A stretch of DNA of 64,000 bases, from the NCBI GenBank assembly GCA_965242725.1, contig CBDESZ010000018.1:64001-128000 (forward strand), in the 5' to 3' direction. Of this stretch, positions 54,968 through 64,000 are shown piece after piece (the first letter of the stretch is position 1; each line of letters begins with the position of its first letter). The notes under the pieces were generated by a model. The model had not been told where the DNA came from and did no database searches. It saw only the letters and a list, made by a program, of their open reading frames with translations. Position numbers and translations under genes: made by a program. The stretch is from Alkalispirochaeta sp. (GTDB lineage Bacteria; Spirochaetota; Spirochaetia; DSM-27196; Alkalispirochaetaceae).

Positions 54968-55808
54968 AACGGAGCAGTTCAACCGTTTGAGCGGGTTTAT
55001 CGAGGAAGAAGTCGGCATCAAGATGCCTCCCAGCAAACGGGTGATGCTGGAAAGCAGGCTGCAGAAGCGGTTACGGGCTCTCGATATCGCGACATTTGAC
55101 GAGTACCTCCAGTACGTCTTTGAGTCGGACGGCGGAGAGATCACCCATATGATCGACGTGGTAACGACAAACAAGACCGATTTTTTTCGGGAGCCGGACC
55201 ACTTTGTCTATCTGAGGGAAACGCTGTTGCCCCACCACTATGACCACGACCAGTGGGGAAAGGGCGGCCGGTTCAAGGTGTGGTCGTCCGCATCCTCGAC
55301 GGGGGAAGAGGCATATACCCTGGCGATCATATTGTCCGAGTTCCAGCGCCACGCCGGCGGTCAATTCGATTTTCGAATCCTGGGTACGGACATCTCCACC
55401 TCCGTTCTTGAAACGGCGCGGAAAGGGATTTATCCGGAAGAACGAGTCGCGCCGGTGACCGAGGAGTTCCGGCGACGATATTTCCTGCGAAGCAAGGACC
55501 GGGACAACCGTTTTGTCAGGGTCAAACGGGCGCTCAGGGAAAAAGTTCAGTTCCACAGAATGAATCTCATGGATGACCGCTATCCGCTGAGCGACCGTTT
55601 TCACGTCATTTTCTGTCGCAATGTGATGATATATTTCGAGCGTCGTCGTCAGGAAGAGCTGCTCCGGAAACTGTACAATTACCTCGTTCCCGGGGGCTAT
55701 CTCTTTCTCGGTCATTCAGAGACGCTGGCCGGCATGGATCTGCCGGTGGTCTCGGTCGCGCCGACTGTATATCGCCGGGTGATGATGGAGGATGCAGTCA
55801 ATGGCTGA
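54948..55808 (+). CDS. cheR: Chemoreceptor methyltransferase
   Basis: [37 protein letters not shown]. Confidence 0.96.
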   Translation: MAVITLRTEQFNRLSGFIEEEVGIKMPPSKRVMLESRLQKRLRALDIATFDEYLQYVFESDGGEITHMIDVVTTNKTDFFREPDHFVYLRETLLPHHYDHDQWGKGGRFKVWSSASSTGEEAYTLAIILSEFQRHAGGQFDFRILGTDISTSVLETARKGIYPEERVAPVTEEFRRRYFLRSKDRDNRFVRVKRALREKVQFHRMNLMDDRYPLSDRFHVIFCRNVMIYFERRRQEELLRKLYNYLVPGGYLFLGHSETLAGMDLPVVSVAPTVYRRVMMEDAVNG

Positions 55809-56949
55809 CGCGATAAAGGTACTTATCGTTGACGACTCCGCCGTGGTCCGGGAGACTCTGTCGTCGCTCCTGCGGGACAGCAGGGAGTTTGAAGTGGTGG
55901 GTACGGCGGGAGATCCGTATATCGCCGCGAAAAAACTTCGCACCGTCCTTCCCGACGTCATTACCCTGGATATCGAGATGCCCCGCATGGACGGATTGAG
56001 CTTCCTCAAACATCTCATGGCGCAGCATCCGCTGCCGGTCGTCATCTGCTCATCCATGGCGGAAAGCGGGTCCGCAAACGCCCTTACCGCCCTGGATTAC
56101 GGTGCGGTGGAGATCATCGAAAAGCCGAAGATGGGAACAAAACAGTTCCTTGAAGAATCACGGGTACGGCTCTACGACGCATTACGGGCGGCTTATGAGA
56201 GTCGTTTCCGTCTTTCTGGAAGAAGACACCGACCGTCTGGTCAGGATCGACCTGCCGCTTCCGTGGAAAGAGAACCCACGGGGACGGTCGGCCGATATGC
56301 AAGCGGCAGCGCGGGCCCCAAGCTGAGCGCCGATGAAATTATTTCCGGGCCTACCGGCCGGAACAGGGTCCCCGAGACGACTGAAAAAATCGTATGCATC
56401 GGCGCGTCAACGGGGGGAACCGAGGCACTTCGGGATGTCCTGCAACGGATGCCCCTTAACGCTCCGGGTATCGTTATTGTCCAGCATATGCCGGAACACT
56501 TTACCGCGGCCTTTGCAAAACGTCTCGATTCACTCTGTGAGATTACGGTGAAGGAAGCTGAAAACAATGATACGGTTTTGACCGGCCACGCCCTTATCGC
56601 CCCCGGCAACAGACATCTTCTGCTCAAGCGCAGTGGAGCACGGTACTACGTGGAACTGAGGGACGGGCCGCTTGTGAGTCGCCACCGACCCTCGGTGGAC
56701 GTGCTTTTTCGATCTGCCGCACGATTTGCCGGCGTGAACGCCATCGGTGTGATCATGACGGGCATGGGCGACGACGGCGCCAGGGGAATGGCTGAAATGC
56801 ATGACGTTGGTGCATATACGTTTGCGCAGGACAAGGAGAGCTGTGTCGTGTACGGCATGCCGAACGAGGCGGTAAAACGAAACGGCGTCGATGAAATCGT
56901 TTCACTGCACAAGATACCTGAAGCAATATTGCGCAGAGTGGGCAGATAA
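55801..56949 (+). CDS. cheB: Chemoreceptor methylesterase (REC-CheB)
   Basis: VDDS, LDIEMP, GASTGG, QHMP, TGMGDDG. Confidence 0.97.
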   Translation: MADAIKVLIVDDSAVVRETLSSLLRDSREFEVVGTAGDPYIAAKKLRTVLPDVITLDIEMPRMDGLSFLKHLMAQHPLPVVICSSMAESGSANALTALDYGAVEIIEKPKMGTKQFLEESRVRLYDALRAAYESRFRLSGRRHRPSGQDRPAASVEREPTGTVGRYASGSAGPKLSADEIISGPTGRNRVPETTEKIVCIGASTGGTEALRDVLQRMPLNAPGIVIVQHMPEHFTAAFAKRLDSLCEITVKEAENNDTVLTGHALIAPGNRHLLLKRSGARYYVELRDGPLVSRHRPSVDVLFRSAARFAGVNAIGVIMTGMGDDGARGMAEMHDVGAYTFAQDKESCVVYGMPNEAVKRNGVDEIVSLHKIPEAILRRVGR

Positions 56950-56951
56950 CG

Positions 56952-59453
56952 ATGGCGGAGTCGGTGCTCATCGTAGAAGATGAACGAATCGTCGCGCTGG
57001 ACCTTGCCAATCGCCTGGGAAAACTCGGGTTTTCCGTCGCAGGAAACGTCTCTTCCGGAGAGGAAGCGTGGCGCATGGCGGCGGAACAACGCCCTGACGT
57101 CGTCCTCATGGATATTCACATCAGGGGAGGGGAAGACGGAATCGCGACGGCGACGCGCATCGAGAGAGAGCTGGGCATCCCGTCTGTGTATGTCACGGCC
57201 TACTCGGACGCGGAAAACATAGAACGGGCAAAGGCATCCAACGCCTATGGCTATCTTCTCAAGCCTTTTCAGGATCGGGAATTGCAGATCGCAATAGAAC
57301 TGGCGTTGTACAAGTACGCCGCCGAAAGTGAGCTGAGAAGTACCCGCAACCTGCTCGCGACGACCCTCAACGCGATCGACTATGGGGTGATTACGGTGGA
57401 CCGCGAGAACGTCGTGCTATTCATCAATAATCACGCTGAAGTTCTGACGGGTTGGAATCGCGAAGATGCCCGGGGGCTGCCACTCCCGCGGATTTTCGGT
57501 TTTTCGGAGCGTCAGGAGTCCGCGTCTCCCTCAGGAGAGCCCGTTCAGCCCGGTTCCCATATCCTGACAAACCGTGCGGGGCTGGATATTCCCGTGGAAG
57601 TGAATGTGCATCGTCTGGATTCGGCGGGGACGGGCAGCCCGGCGTATGTGATCATGTTCTACGATATCAGCGATAGACTTGCCCGGGAAGCGTCCCTGAT
57701 CGAGGCAAAAGAAGCGGCCGAGGCGATGGTCCGCGGGAAGAGCGACTTCTTTTCGCGCATCAGCCATGAATTACGTACCCCCCTGAACGTGATTCTGGGT
57801 ATGGCTCAATTGCTTCGACAGAACGATTCCAGTGAGAGAACCGACGAGTACACAAGTATCCTCCTCCGTGCAACTGAGACACTGAACAATCTCATATCAG
57901 ACGTTCTCGATTTCAACGCGTCCGACGGTGTGGGTAAGGCGGGATCACAGGAAGAGTGCCGATTGCATGATCTCGTTCAGGACGCCCTGGTCACCTTTGC
58001 AGACACGGCGGAAGAAAAGAAACTCCGGCTATTGAGTGTTGTCGACCCCGGACTGCCTTCCCACGTCACGTGCCACGGACGATACATCCGGCGCATATTG
58101 CACCACCTCATTTCGAACGGGTGCAAGTTTACCGACAGCGGATACATTTCCGTTGCTATTGAGCGTGACAACACCCCGTTGCAGGGCGGCAATGCAACCC
58201 GGACGGGACAAATTCCCCTTGTCCTGACCGTGACCGATACGGGATCAGGCATTCCCGCCGAGGACAGGGAGAGGGTATTTGAGGAGTTTGCCCAGCTGGA
58301 GCCGCCGCAGACGCGTACCGTTGGAGGCGTGGGACTGGGATTGGCAATCGTACGGCGACTGGTTGCCGCCATGGGGGGCTCCATTTCGATAGAGTCCCAT
58401 GCGGACAGGGGCACCGCCGTAATTGTACGTTTTTCAGCAGCCCTGGCTGCGAGTGAGTCCCTTCTGGACCACTTTCGCCGCCGTGCCGCTGAAGAAGGAC
58501 TGGAAGAGCGTACCGTATCTCTCGGCATAACGGACGCACCACTCATGGAGGTGATCGGTCCGTGGTGTACAGCGTGCGAAACGCCGGTTACATGGATTTC
58601 GGGGGAGGAGGATCTCTCGGATCGTATCGACTACCTCCTGACGACGACGGATAACGCCCGAATACCTGCCCGATGGAAAGACGAGGCAATTGTTCTGCGT
58701 CCCCGGGGAGCAGAGAGAAACGGCCGATTATCCCGGGAATATCCGGTTCTCGACGAGCCGCTTGATCCGTGGACGCTGTTTCGGATCGCCACCGGAATAT
58801 TTCGTTCAAACTATGTCGTGTCATCGGACCGGATACCGGTCCTTCTGGTAGATGATGACGGGATTTCTCTCTTTACCACAAAAAGATCACTGGAACGACG
58901 GGGATGCGACGTCACCGTTTCCAAACGGGGCTCCCTCGCCCTCGAAGAAATCGGTAAGACCCGTTTTTCAGTGGCTTGTATCGATATCGAGATGCCTGAA
59001 ATGACCGGATGGACACTAGCGCGACGTATTCGGGAAAATGAAGCGGCAAAACAGGCACCGAAGTTACCGCTGATCGCGGTAACCGGACACAGCGCGGGAG
59101 ACATCGCGGAGAAAGCGCAGGAGCACGGTTTTTGCGAGGTGCTTGAAAAACCCGTTGACGCTGAGCGCCTCCTCCAGGCCGTTCGGCGGTATGCACGGCA
59201 AAATCAGGATGCGGCGGGGTGGACACAGGAGGAAGCCGGTAGTGACGAGACATTACACCTTCGTGATATAATTGAAGTCCTGGATAAGACGGTGCGCCAG
59301 GACGATCTGGAAGCCGGTCTATCCGTCGTTGCGAAGGCTGAGGAGTTTCTCCAGTCTTCCCGACATCGGGAAACGCTGTTCCGTATCAGGCTTGCACTGC
59401 GGAGCAAGGACCGGACACGGGCGTTGGCGCTGGTTGATCAATTAAAACGGTAA
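56952..59453 (+). CDS. Cytoplasmic hybrid histidine kinase (REC-PAS-HisKA-HATPase-REC)
   Basis: VEDE/LMDI REC, PAS (FINNHAEVLTGW), SHELRTPLN, SNGCKFT, DTGSGI, GLGL, C-terminal IDIEMP. Confidence 0.92.
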   Translation: MAESVLIVEDERIVALDLANRLGKLGFSVAGNVSSGEEAWRMAAEQRPDVVLMDIHIRGGEDGIATATRIERELGIPSVYVTAYSDAENIERAKASNAYGYLLKPFQDRELQIAIELALYKYAAESELRSTRNLLATTLNAIDYGVITVDRENVVLFINNHAEVLTGWNREDARGLPLPRIFGFSERQESASPSGEPVQPGSHILTNRAGLDIPVEVNVHRLDSAGTGSPAYVIMFYDISDRLAREASLIEAKEAAEAMVRGKSDFFSRISHELRTPLNVILGMAQLLRQNDSSERTDEYTSILLRATETLNNLISDVLDFNASDGVGKAGSQEECRLHDLVQDALVTFADTAEEKKLRLLSVVDPGLPSHVTCHGRYIRRILHHLISNGCKFTDSGYISVAIERDNTPLQGGNATRTGQIPLVLTVTDTGSGIPAEDRERVFEEFAQLEPPQTRTVGGVGLGLAIVRRLVAAMGGSISIESHADRGTAVIVRFSAALAASESLLDHFRRRAAEEGLEERTVSLGITDAPLMEVIGPWCTACETPVTWISGEEDLSDRIDYLLTTTDNARIPARWKDEAIVLRPRGAERNGRLSREYPVLDEPLDPWTLFRIATGIFRSNYVVSSDRIPVLLVDDDGISLFTTKRSLERRGCDVTVSKRGSLALEEIGKTRFSVACIDIEMPEMTGWTLARRIRENEAAKQAPKLPLIAVTGHSAGDIAEKAQEHGFCEVLEKPVDAERLLQAVRRYARQNQDAAGWTQEEAGSDETLHLRDIIEVLDKTVRQDDLEAGLSVVAKAEEFLQSSRHRETLFRIRLALRSKDRTRALALVDQLKR

Positions 59454-59462
59454 GGACAGACG

Positions 59463-59867
59463 ATGATGCGGATTCTGATAGTGGAAGATGATTTCGGCAG
59501 TCGCCGATACCTGCAAATTTTGCTGCAGTCAGTAGGACGATGTGACGTTGTCGTCGACGGAAACGAAGCGGTTGAAGCGTTCCGCATGGCATGGGAAGAC
59601 GGCGAGCCCTACCGTCTCATACTCCTTGATATCATGATGCCAAATAAGGACGGGCAGACGGCGCTCAAAGAAGTACGGAGTATTGAACGGGAGATGGGTA
59701 TCGACGAGCGCAACGGTGTCAAGGTCATTATGACCACCGCTCTTGAAGACCCGGGGAATGTCGTTCACGCCTATTACCACGGGGCCGCAGACTCGTACCT
59801 CGTGAAACCGATAAATTGGGAAAATCTCTTTCGCTCCATGAAAGAATTGGGGATCGCCGTTGAGTGA
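59463..59867 (+). CDS. Single-domain response regulator (CheY-like)
   Basis: VEDD, LLDIMMP, MTTA, YLVKP. Confidence 0.93.
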   Translation: MMRILIVEDDFGSRRYLQILLQSVGRCDVVVDGNEAVEAFRMAWEDGEPYRLILLDIMMPNKDGQTALKEVRSIEREMGIDERNGVKVIMTTALEDPGNVVHAYYHGAADSYLVKPINWENLFRSMKELGIAVE

Positions 59868-61074
59868 TTCCATACTCATCGTAGAGGACGAAAGAATTAT
59901 AGCGCTCGATATTGAATCTCAGTTGAAACGAACGGAGTTCATCGTCTATGGATCCGTCACATCCGCAGAGAAGGCTCTTGACCTGATCGCACGGGGAGAA
60001 CGTGACGGAGCCCTTCCTTCTCTCGTTCTCATGGATGTGAATCTTGCCGGAAAGATGGATGGTGCGGAAGCTGCGGGAATCGTTCGCGATCGGTACAACA
60101 TTCCCGTTATCATTCTGACGGCCTATGAAGACGAAGATACGCTGCAACGCGTGAAGGCCAGCGAACCGCTCGCATACCTGGTAAAACCGATTTCAGGCCG
60201 ACAGCTGGACATCGCGATTACGCTGGCCCTTCACCGTCACGAAATGACGAAAACAATCAGGGAAAAAGACCGGCAACTCGCCCACGCACAGCGAATGGAA
60301 GCGGTGGGCCGTATGTCCGCGGGGCTCTCCCACGAGTACAACAATCTCGTCACGGTCATGATGGGGCATCTGCGACTGATTCTGGACGATCTTGAAGAAA
60401 TCGACGGGAAGGTAGAAACGCACGCGATAGAGAGAGTTATTTCGGAGCTCAAGAAAAATGCCACGGGTCTTTCTCACACAATTACCCGGGCAAGCACGCT
60501 CTCCCGGCAGCTGTTAACCTTCTCCCGGGTCACCTCCTATCGGAAGGAGCAAGTAAGTATTACCAGGCTGCTTTCCGAGTTCAGGGAGATGATCGGGAGT
60601 GTTCTCCCTGCAAAGGTTACGCTATCGTTTCACGTCGACCTCGAGGAGACCTTTGTAGAAGCCGAGGCGTCGCGTCTGGAAAACGCGCTTGTGAATCTCA
60701 TTATGAACGCCCGGGATGCCGTCGGCGAGGATGGAACGATTTCATTTTCCGCGTTCAGTCGCACCATAGAAGAGCCTGTTGTCGTCTTTGACGGTACCCT
60801 GCAGACGGGTAGATATATCATATTTTCGGTTCGTGATGACGGCGCGGGTATTCCCGACGACGTCTTGCCGCATATATTTGAACCTTTTTTTACGACGAAA
60901 GAGGAAGGATACGGTACCGGTTTCGGCCTTGCCTCAGTCTATGCAACGGCTACCGATCTCGGCGGCGGCGTCGCCGTGACGACCGTTCCCGACGGCGGGA
61001 CGGAGTTCTGCATGTATATACCCGTCGTTGTTGACGTCGATACGGAGGACCTCGACAAGGATCGGGTCACGTAG
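59860..61074 (+). CDS. REC-histidine kinase
   Basis: REC (LMDVNL), SHEYNN H-box, NARDA, DDGAGI, FEPFFTTK, GTGFGL. Confidence 0.92.
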   Translation: MSDSILIVEDERIIALDIESQLKRTEFIVYGSVTSAEKALDLIARGERDGALPSLVLMDVNLAGKMDGAEAAGIVRDRYNIPVIILTAYEDEDTLQRVKASEPLAYLVKPISGRQLDIAITLALHRHEMTKTIREKDRQLAHAQRMEAVGRMSAGLSHEYNNLVTVMMGHLRLILDDLEEIDGKVETHAIERVISELKKNATGLSHTITRASTLSRQLLTFSRVTSYRKEQVSITRLLSEFREMIGSVLPAKVTLSFHVDLEETFVEAEASRLENALVNLIMNARDAVGEDGTISFSAFSRTIEEPVVVFDGTLQTGRYIIFSVRDDGAGIPDDVLPHIFEPFFTTKEEGYGTGFGLASVYATATDLGGGVAVTTVPDGGTEFCMYIPVVVDVDTEDLDKDRVT

Positions 61075-61089
61075 TACAACTGTTGTTCC

Positions 61090-62904
61090 ATGATTCACGC
61101 TGTCGATCAAACTCATGTTCGAAATTTTTGCATTATCGCCCATATAGACCACGGGAAGTCGACTCTCGCCGATCGGTTTATCCAGCGCTCCAAAATCGTA
61201 GCCGACCGCGATTTCCGCGATCAGTTGCTGGATTCCATGGATATCGAGCGGGAGCGGGGCATTACGATAAAGAGTCAGGCCGTCACCATGCCGATGGACA
61301 TCGACGGTGAAATATATCGTCTCAATCTTGTGGATACTCCGGGACACGTCGACTTTTCATACGAAGTTTCCCGGGCGATATCATCATGCGAAGGAGCGGT
61401 CCTCCTCATCGATGCGGCACAGGGTGTTGAAGCACAGACGCTCAGCAACCTGTACCTTGCGCTGGAACACGATCTTGAAATCATTCCGGTGATAAATAAG
61501 ATCGATCTCCCCGCCGCCAATGTGGAAAACTGCCTTCATCAGATCAATCATGATCTCGGTCTCGACCCCGACGATGTTCTTCTTGTCAGTGGAAAGACGG
61601 GGAAGGGGGTGGAAGAGCTGCTCCAGGCTATCGTGAAACGCATACCTTCCCCGACCGGAGGGGCAGACGAAGCGTTGCAGGCTCTCGTATTTGACAGCCA
61701 CTACGATCCCTACCGGGGTGTCATCGTCCACATCAGACTCTTCGCCGGACAGATCAAACCCGGTGATACAATAGAGATGTGGTTCAACGGCGCCACCTAT
61801 GACGTAGAAGAGACGGGTCTATTCAAAATAAAACTGGAACCGACGGATATGCTGGAAGCGGGCGATGTGGGATACATTATCGCCGGGATCAAGACCATTC
61901 AGGACGTTCGTGTGGGCGATACCGTCACCCGGCCGGACAAACGGTGTACCGCACCGCTCCCGGGTTTTCAGGAGGTAAAGCCCGTCGTTTTTTCGTCGAT
62001 TTATCCGGTCGACACAAACGACTACACCGACCTCATCCGGGCGATGGACAAACTGAAGCTCAATGACGCCTCGCTGGTCTTTGAAAAAGACAACTCGGCG
62101 GCTCTCGGCTTCGGATTCCGATGCGGCTTTCTCGGAATGCTTCATCTGGAGGTCGTACAGGAGCGAATCGAGCGGGAGTTCGGGCTCAATATCGTCCTTA
62201 CCGCACCGTCGGTACAGTACCGGATGACGCTGAAATCGGAAGAGGAGCTACTGGTAAACAGCCCGCTTGAATATCCCGACCCCGGTGACATTCTGGAGGC
62301 ACGGGAACCGTATATCAAGGCGTCCATCATCACTCCCGACACCTACCTGGGGCCGATGCTGACGCTCTGCAACGATAAACGGGGTATCCAGAAGGACATG
62401 ATCTACCTCGATACGAGCCGCGTGGAAGTCATTTTTGAAATGCCCCTCGCCGAAGTACTTTTTGACTTTTACGATAATCTGAAGTCTCTTTCCCGGGGAT
62501 ACGCATCGTTTGACTACGAGATGCTCAACTACCGTCCCGTCGACCTTGTAAAACTCGATATACTCGTAAACGGAAAACCAGTGGACGCCCTGTCTATGCT
62601 CGTCTTCCGTGGCCACGCCGAGCGGCGGGCGCGTTCTGCGGTGAAGCAACTGCGCAACGAGATTCCTCGTCACCAGTTCAAGATTCCCCTGCAGGGGGCA
62701 ATCGGCGGCCAGATCATCGCGAGGGAGACAATATCTGCGCTCCGCAAGGACGTTACCGCCAAGTGTTACGGTGGAGACATTTCCAGAAAACGAAAACTTC
62801 TCGAAAAGCAGAAAGAAGGCAAGAAGCGAATGAAGACCGTGGGCAACGTGGAGCTGCCGCAGTCGGCATTTCTTTCGGTACTTAAAGGAAGTCCTGAAGA
62901 GTAA
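61090..62904 (+). CDS. lepA: Elongation factor 4
   Basis: AHIDHGKSTLAD, DTPGHVDF, GFRCGFLG, KCYGGDISRK. Confidence 0.98.
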   Translation: MIHAVDQTHVRNFCIIAHIDHGKSTLADRFIQRSKIVADRDFRDQLLDSMDIERERGITIKSQAVTMPMDIDGEIYRLNLVDTPGHVDFSYEVSRAISSCEGAVLLIDAAQGVEAQTLSNLYLALEHDLEIIPVINKIDLPAANVENCLHQINHDLGLDPDDVLLVSGKTGKGVEELLQAIVKRIPSPTGGADEALQALVFDSHYDPYRGVIVHIRLFAGQIKPGDTIEMWFNGATYDVEETGLFKIKLEPTDMLEAGDVGYIIAGIKTIQDVRVGDTVTRPDKRCTAPLPGFQEVKPVVFSSIYPVDTNDYTDLIRAMDKLKLNDASLVFEKDNSAALGFGFRCGFLGMLHLEVVQERIEREFGLNIVLTAPSVQYRMTLKSEEELLVNSPLEYPDPGDILEAREPYIKASIITPDTYLGPMLTLCNDKRGIQKDMIYLDTSRVEVIFEMPLAEVLFDFYDNLKSLSRGYASFDYEMLNYRPVDLVKLDILVNGKPVDALSMLVFRGHAERRARSAVKQLRNEIPRHQFKIPLQGAIGGQIIARETISALRKDVTAKCYGGDISRKRKLLEKQKEGKKRMKTVGNVELPQSAFLSVLKGSPEE

Positions 62905-64000
62905 AGGCGGAGACGGCACGTTCTAGACGGCGGCGATGGTCCACTACCGCCCTGAGGAGACGGTGTCGTTGCGCCTCGGCCCATTCCCGGCGGTGGTTTA
63001 ACAGGGGCCATTGGGGAAGATCGTACCAGGAGAAGGCAAGGCCGTCATCAAGGAAGAGCGGTCGTTCCGGGTGCCGGAGAATCTCTTCCTGCACGCGGAT
63101 GCGTTCCAGGTAAGCCACGACGCTCCGCCGACGGCGTTCCTGCAACTCACCCATCATTGTCGACGGGTATGAAGAAGGCGCGGAAAGGTACGCCCCGTTG
63201 CCGCCGGCCCGGAAAGAATCCGATGAAGACCTTCCGTGCCATTTTGCAAGCCAGCGGCGCCCTTCATCTGCCGTTACTCCGGCGCCGCCGATCGGCACGC
63301 CTTGTGCCATGGGCTGTATGAATGCCGTTGCCTCTCGTGAGTGTTCCCCGCCGCCGAAGGACGTATTGATGAGCCGTTCCATCTGCCGTGCCTGCGCCTC
63401 AAGTACACCGTCGACTACCGCGCTGCTGCCGTCTCTCAATGTCCCGCGTTTCCAGGGTCGCATGGTCCACGCCGCGGGACCGTCGTTGCCGGATACCCGG
63501 GTCGATTCGCCAAGTATTCTGCGGTGATGTGTCGCCAGTGTTGCATGGGTGCGGGGAAGTCGGTACCAGAAATCAAGTCCTATCGCGAGAATTTCCCGTA
63601 CGCCGATCACTCTGCCCAGAATTTCAACCGCCGACGGCGCGACCGATCCGCGGGGCGGTACGACGGGGAAACCTGCCGTTACATCCGAGGAAAGCAGCTC
63701 CAATTGAGAAAACCGTGTCGTAAAGAGAAAACGCCGCTCCGGCGGAAAGCGCCGGACGATCGCATGGTGTGTCGTCACGTCGGCGACGAGGATCGTTTTA
63801 TCCCACCGCCACGGCATGAAGTCGGCAGCGTTAACCAGCTGACCATCCATGGAAAAGGCGATATCCGCCGTCAGTCCCGCTGCCGCGAGCGCCGGCAGCG
63901 CCGTATCGACGGCGACGATCGGTATATCCGCCTCCGCCGCTTCTGCGATAAGGGAAAGGTTCCGATCAAGACTCGGGCCGGCCCCGACGAGAACGGCGGC
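62882..64000 (-). CDS. Partial (5' end outside window) DUF115 / MptE-like (motility accessory factor-type) protein
   Basis: The frame stays open to the window edge: VLVGAGPSLD...IVAVDTA...MDGQ, GSVA, IGLDF. Confidence 0.8.
   Translation of the reverse strand, partial: AAVLVGAGPSLDRNLSLIAEAAEADIPIVAVDTALPALAAAGLTADIAFSMDGQLVNAADFMPWRWDKTILVADVTTHHAIVRRFPPERRFLFTTRFSQLELLSSDVTAGFPVVPPRGSVAPSAVEILGRVIGVREILAIGLDFWYRLPRTHATLATHHRRILGESTRVSGNDGPAAWTMRPWKRGTLRDGSSAVVDGVLEAQARQMERLINTSFGGGEHSREATAFIQPMAQGVPIGGAGVTADEGRRWLAKWHGRSSSDSFRAGGNGAYLSAPSSYPSTMMGELQERRRRSVVAYLERIRVQEEILRHPERPLFLDDGLAFSWYDLPQWPLLNHRREWAEAQRHRLLRAVVDHRRRLERAVSAFTLQDFL

Overview
GC-rich chromosomal window, most likely from a free-living spirochaete (class Spirochaetia). 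This is inferred from the conserved run rplU-prp-rpmA-obgE-nadD-yqeK-LCP-rsfS-spoVG-tRNA-Gln-rplY-pth-tilS-ftsH and from spirochaete-type hypothetical proteins. Content is mostly core housekeeping: three tRNAs, nth, queG, recQ, an AlaX editing protein, glgA, two FtsH paralogues, a hdeD-USP-BCCT-methylmalonyl-CoA mutase block, carAB, cimA, argS, gltBD, a STAS-cheA-cheR-cheB cluster ending in REC-first cytoplasmic kinases, lepA and a partial DUF115 gene. No CRISPR array, transposase, integrase or phage gene is visible. The best unannotated signals are regulatory: (1) an apparently complete, probably leaderless Ile-codon attenuator upstream of citramalate synthase; (2) a sigma54-type promoter with palindromic upstream sites before gltBD; (3) ARG-box-like repeats before carAB; (4) an inverted copy of the tRNA-Arg 3' arm just past its terminator. 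A Prp protease sits beside an L27 that lacks the extension Prp normally cleaves. A 653-nt poly-C run interrupts one gene and is most likely an assembly artefact. All calls come from reading motifs; no database search was run.
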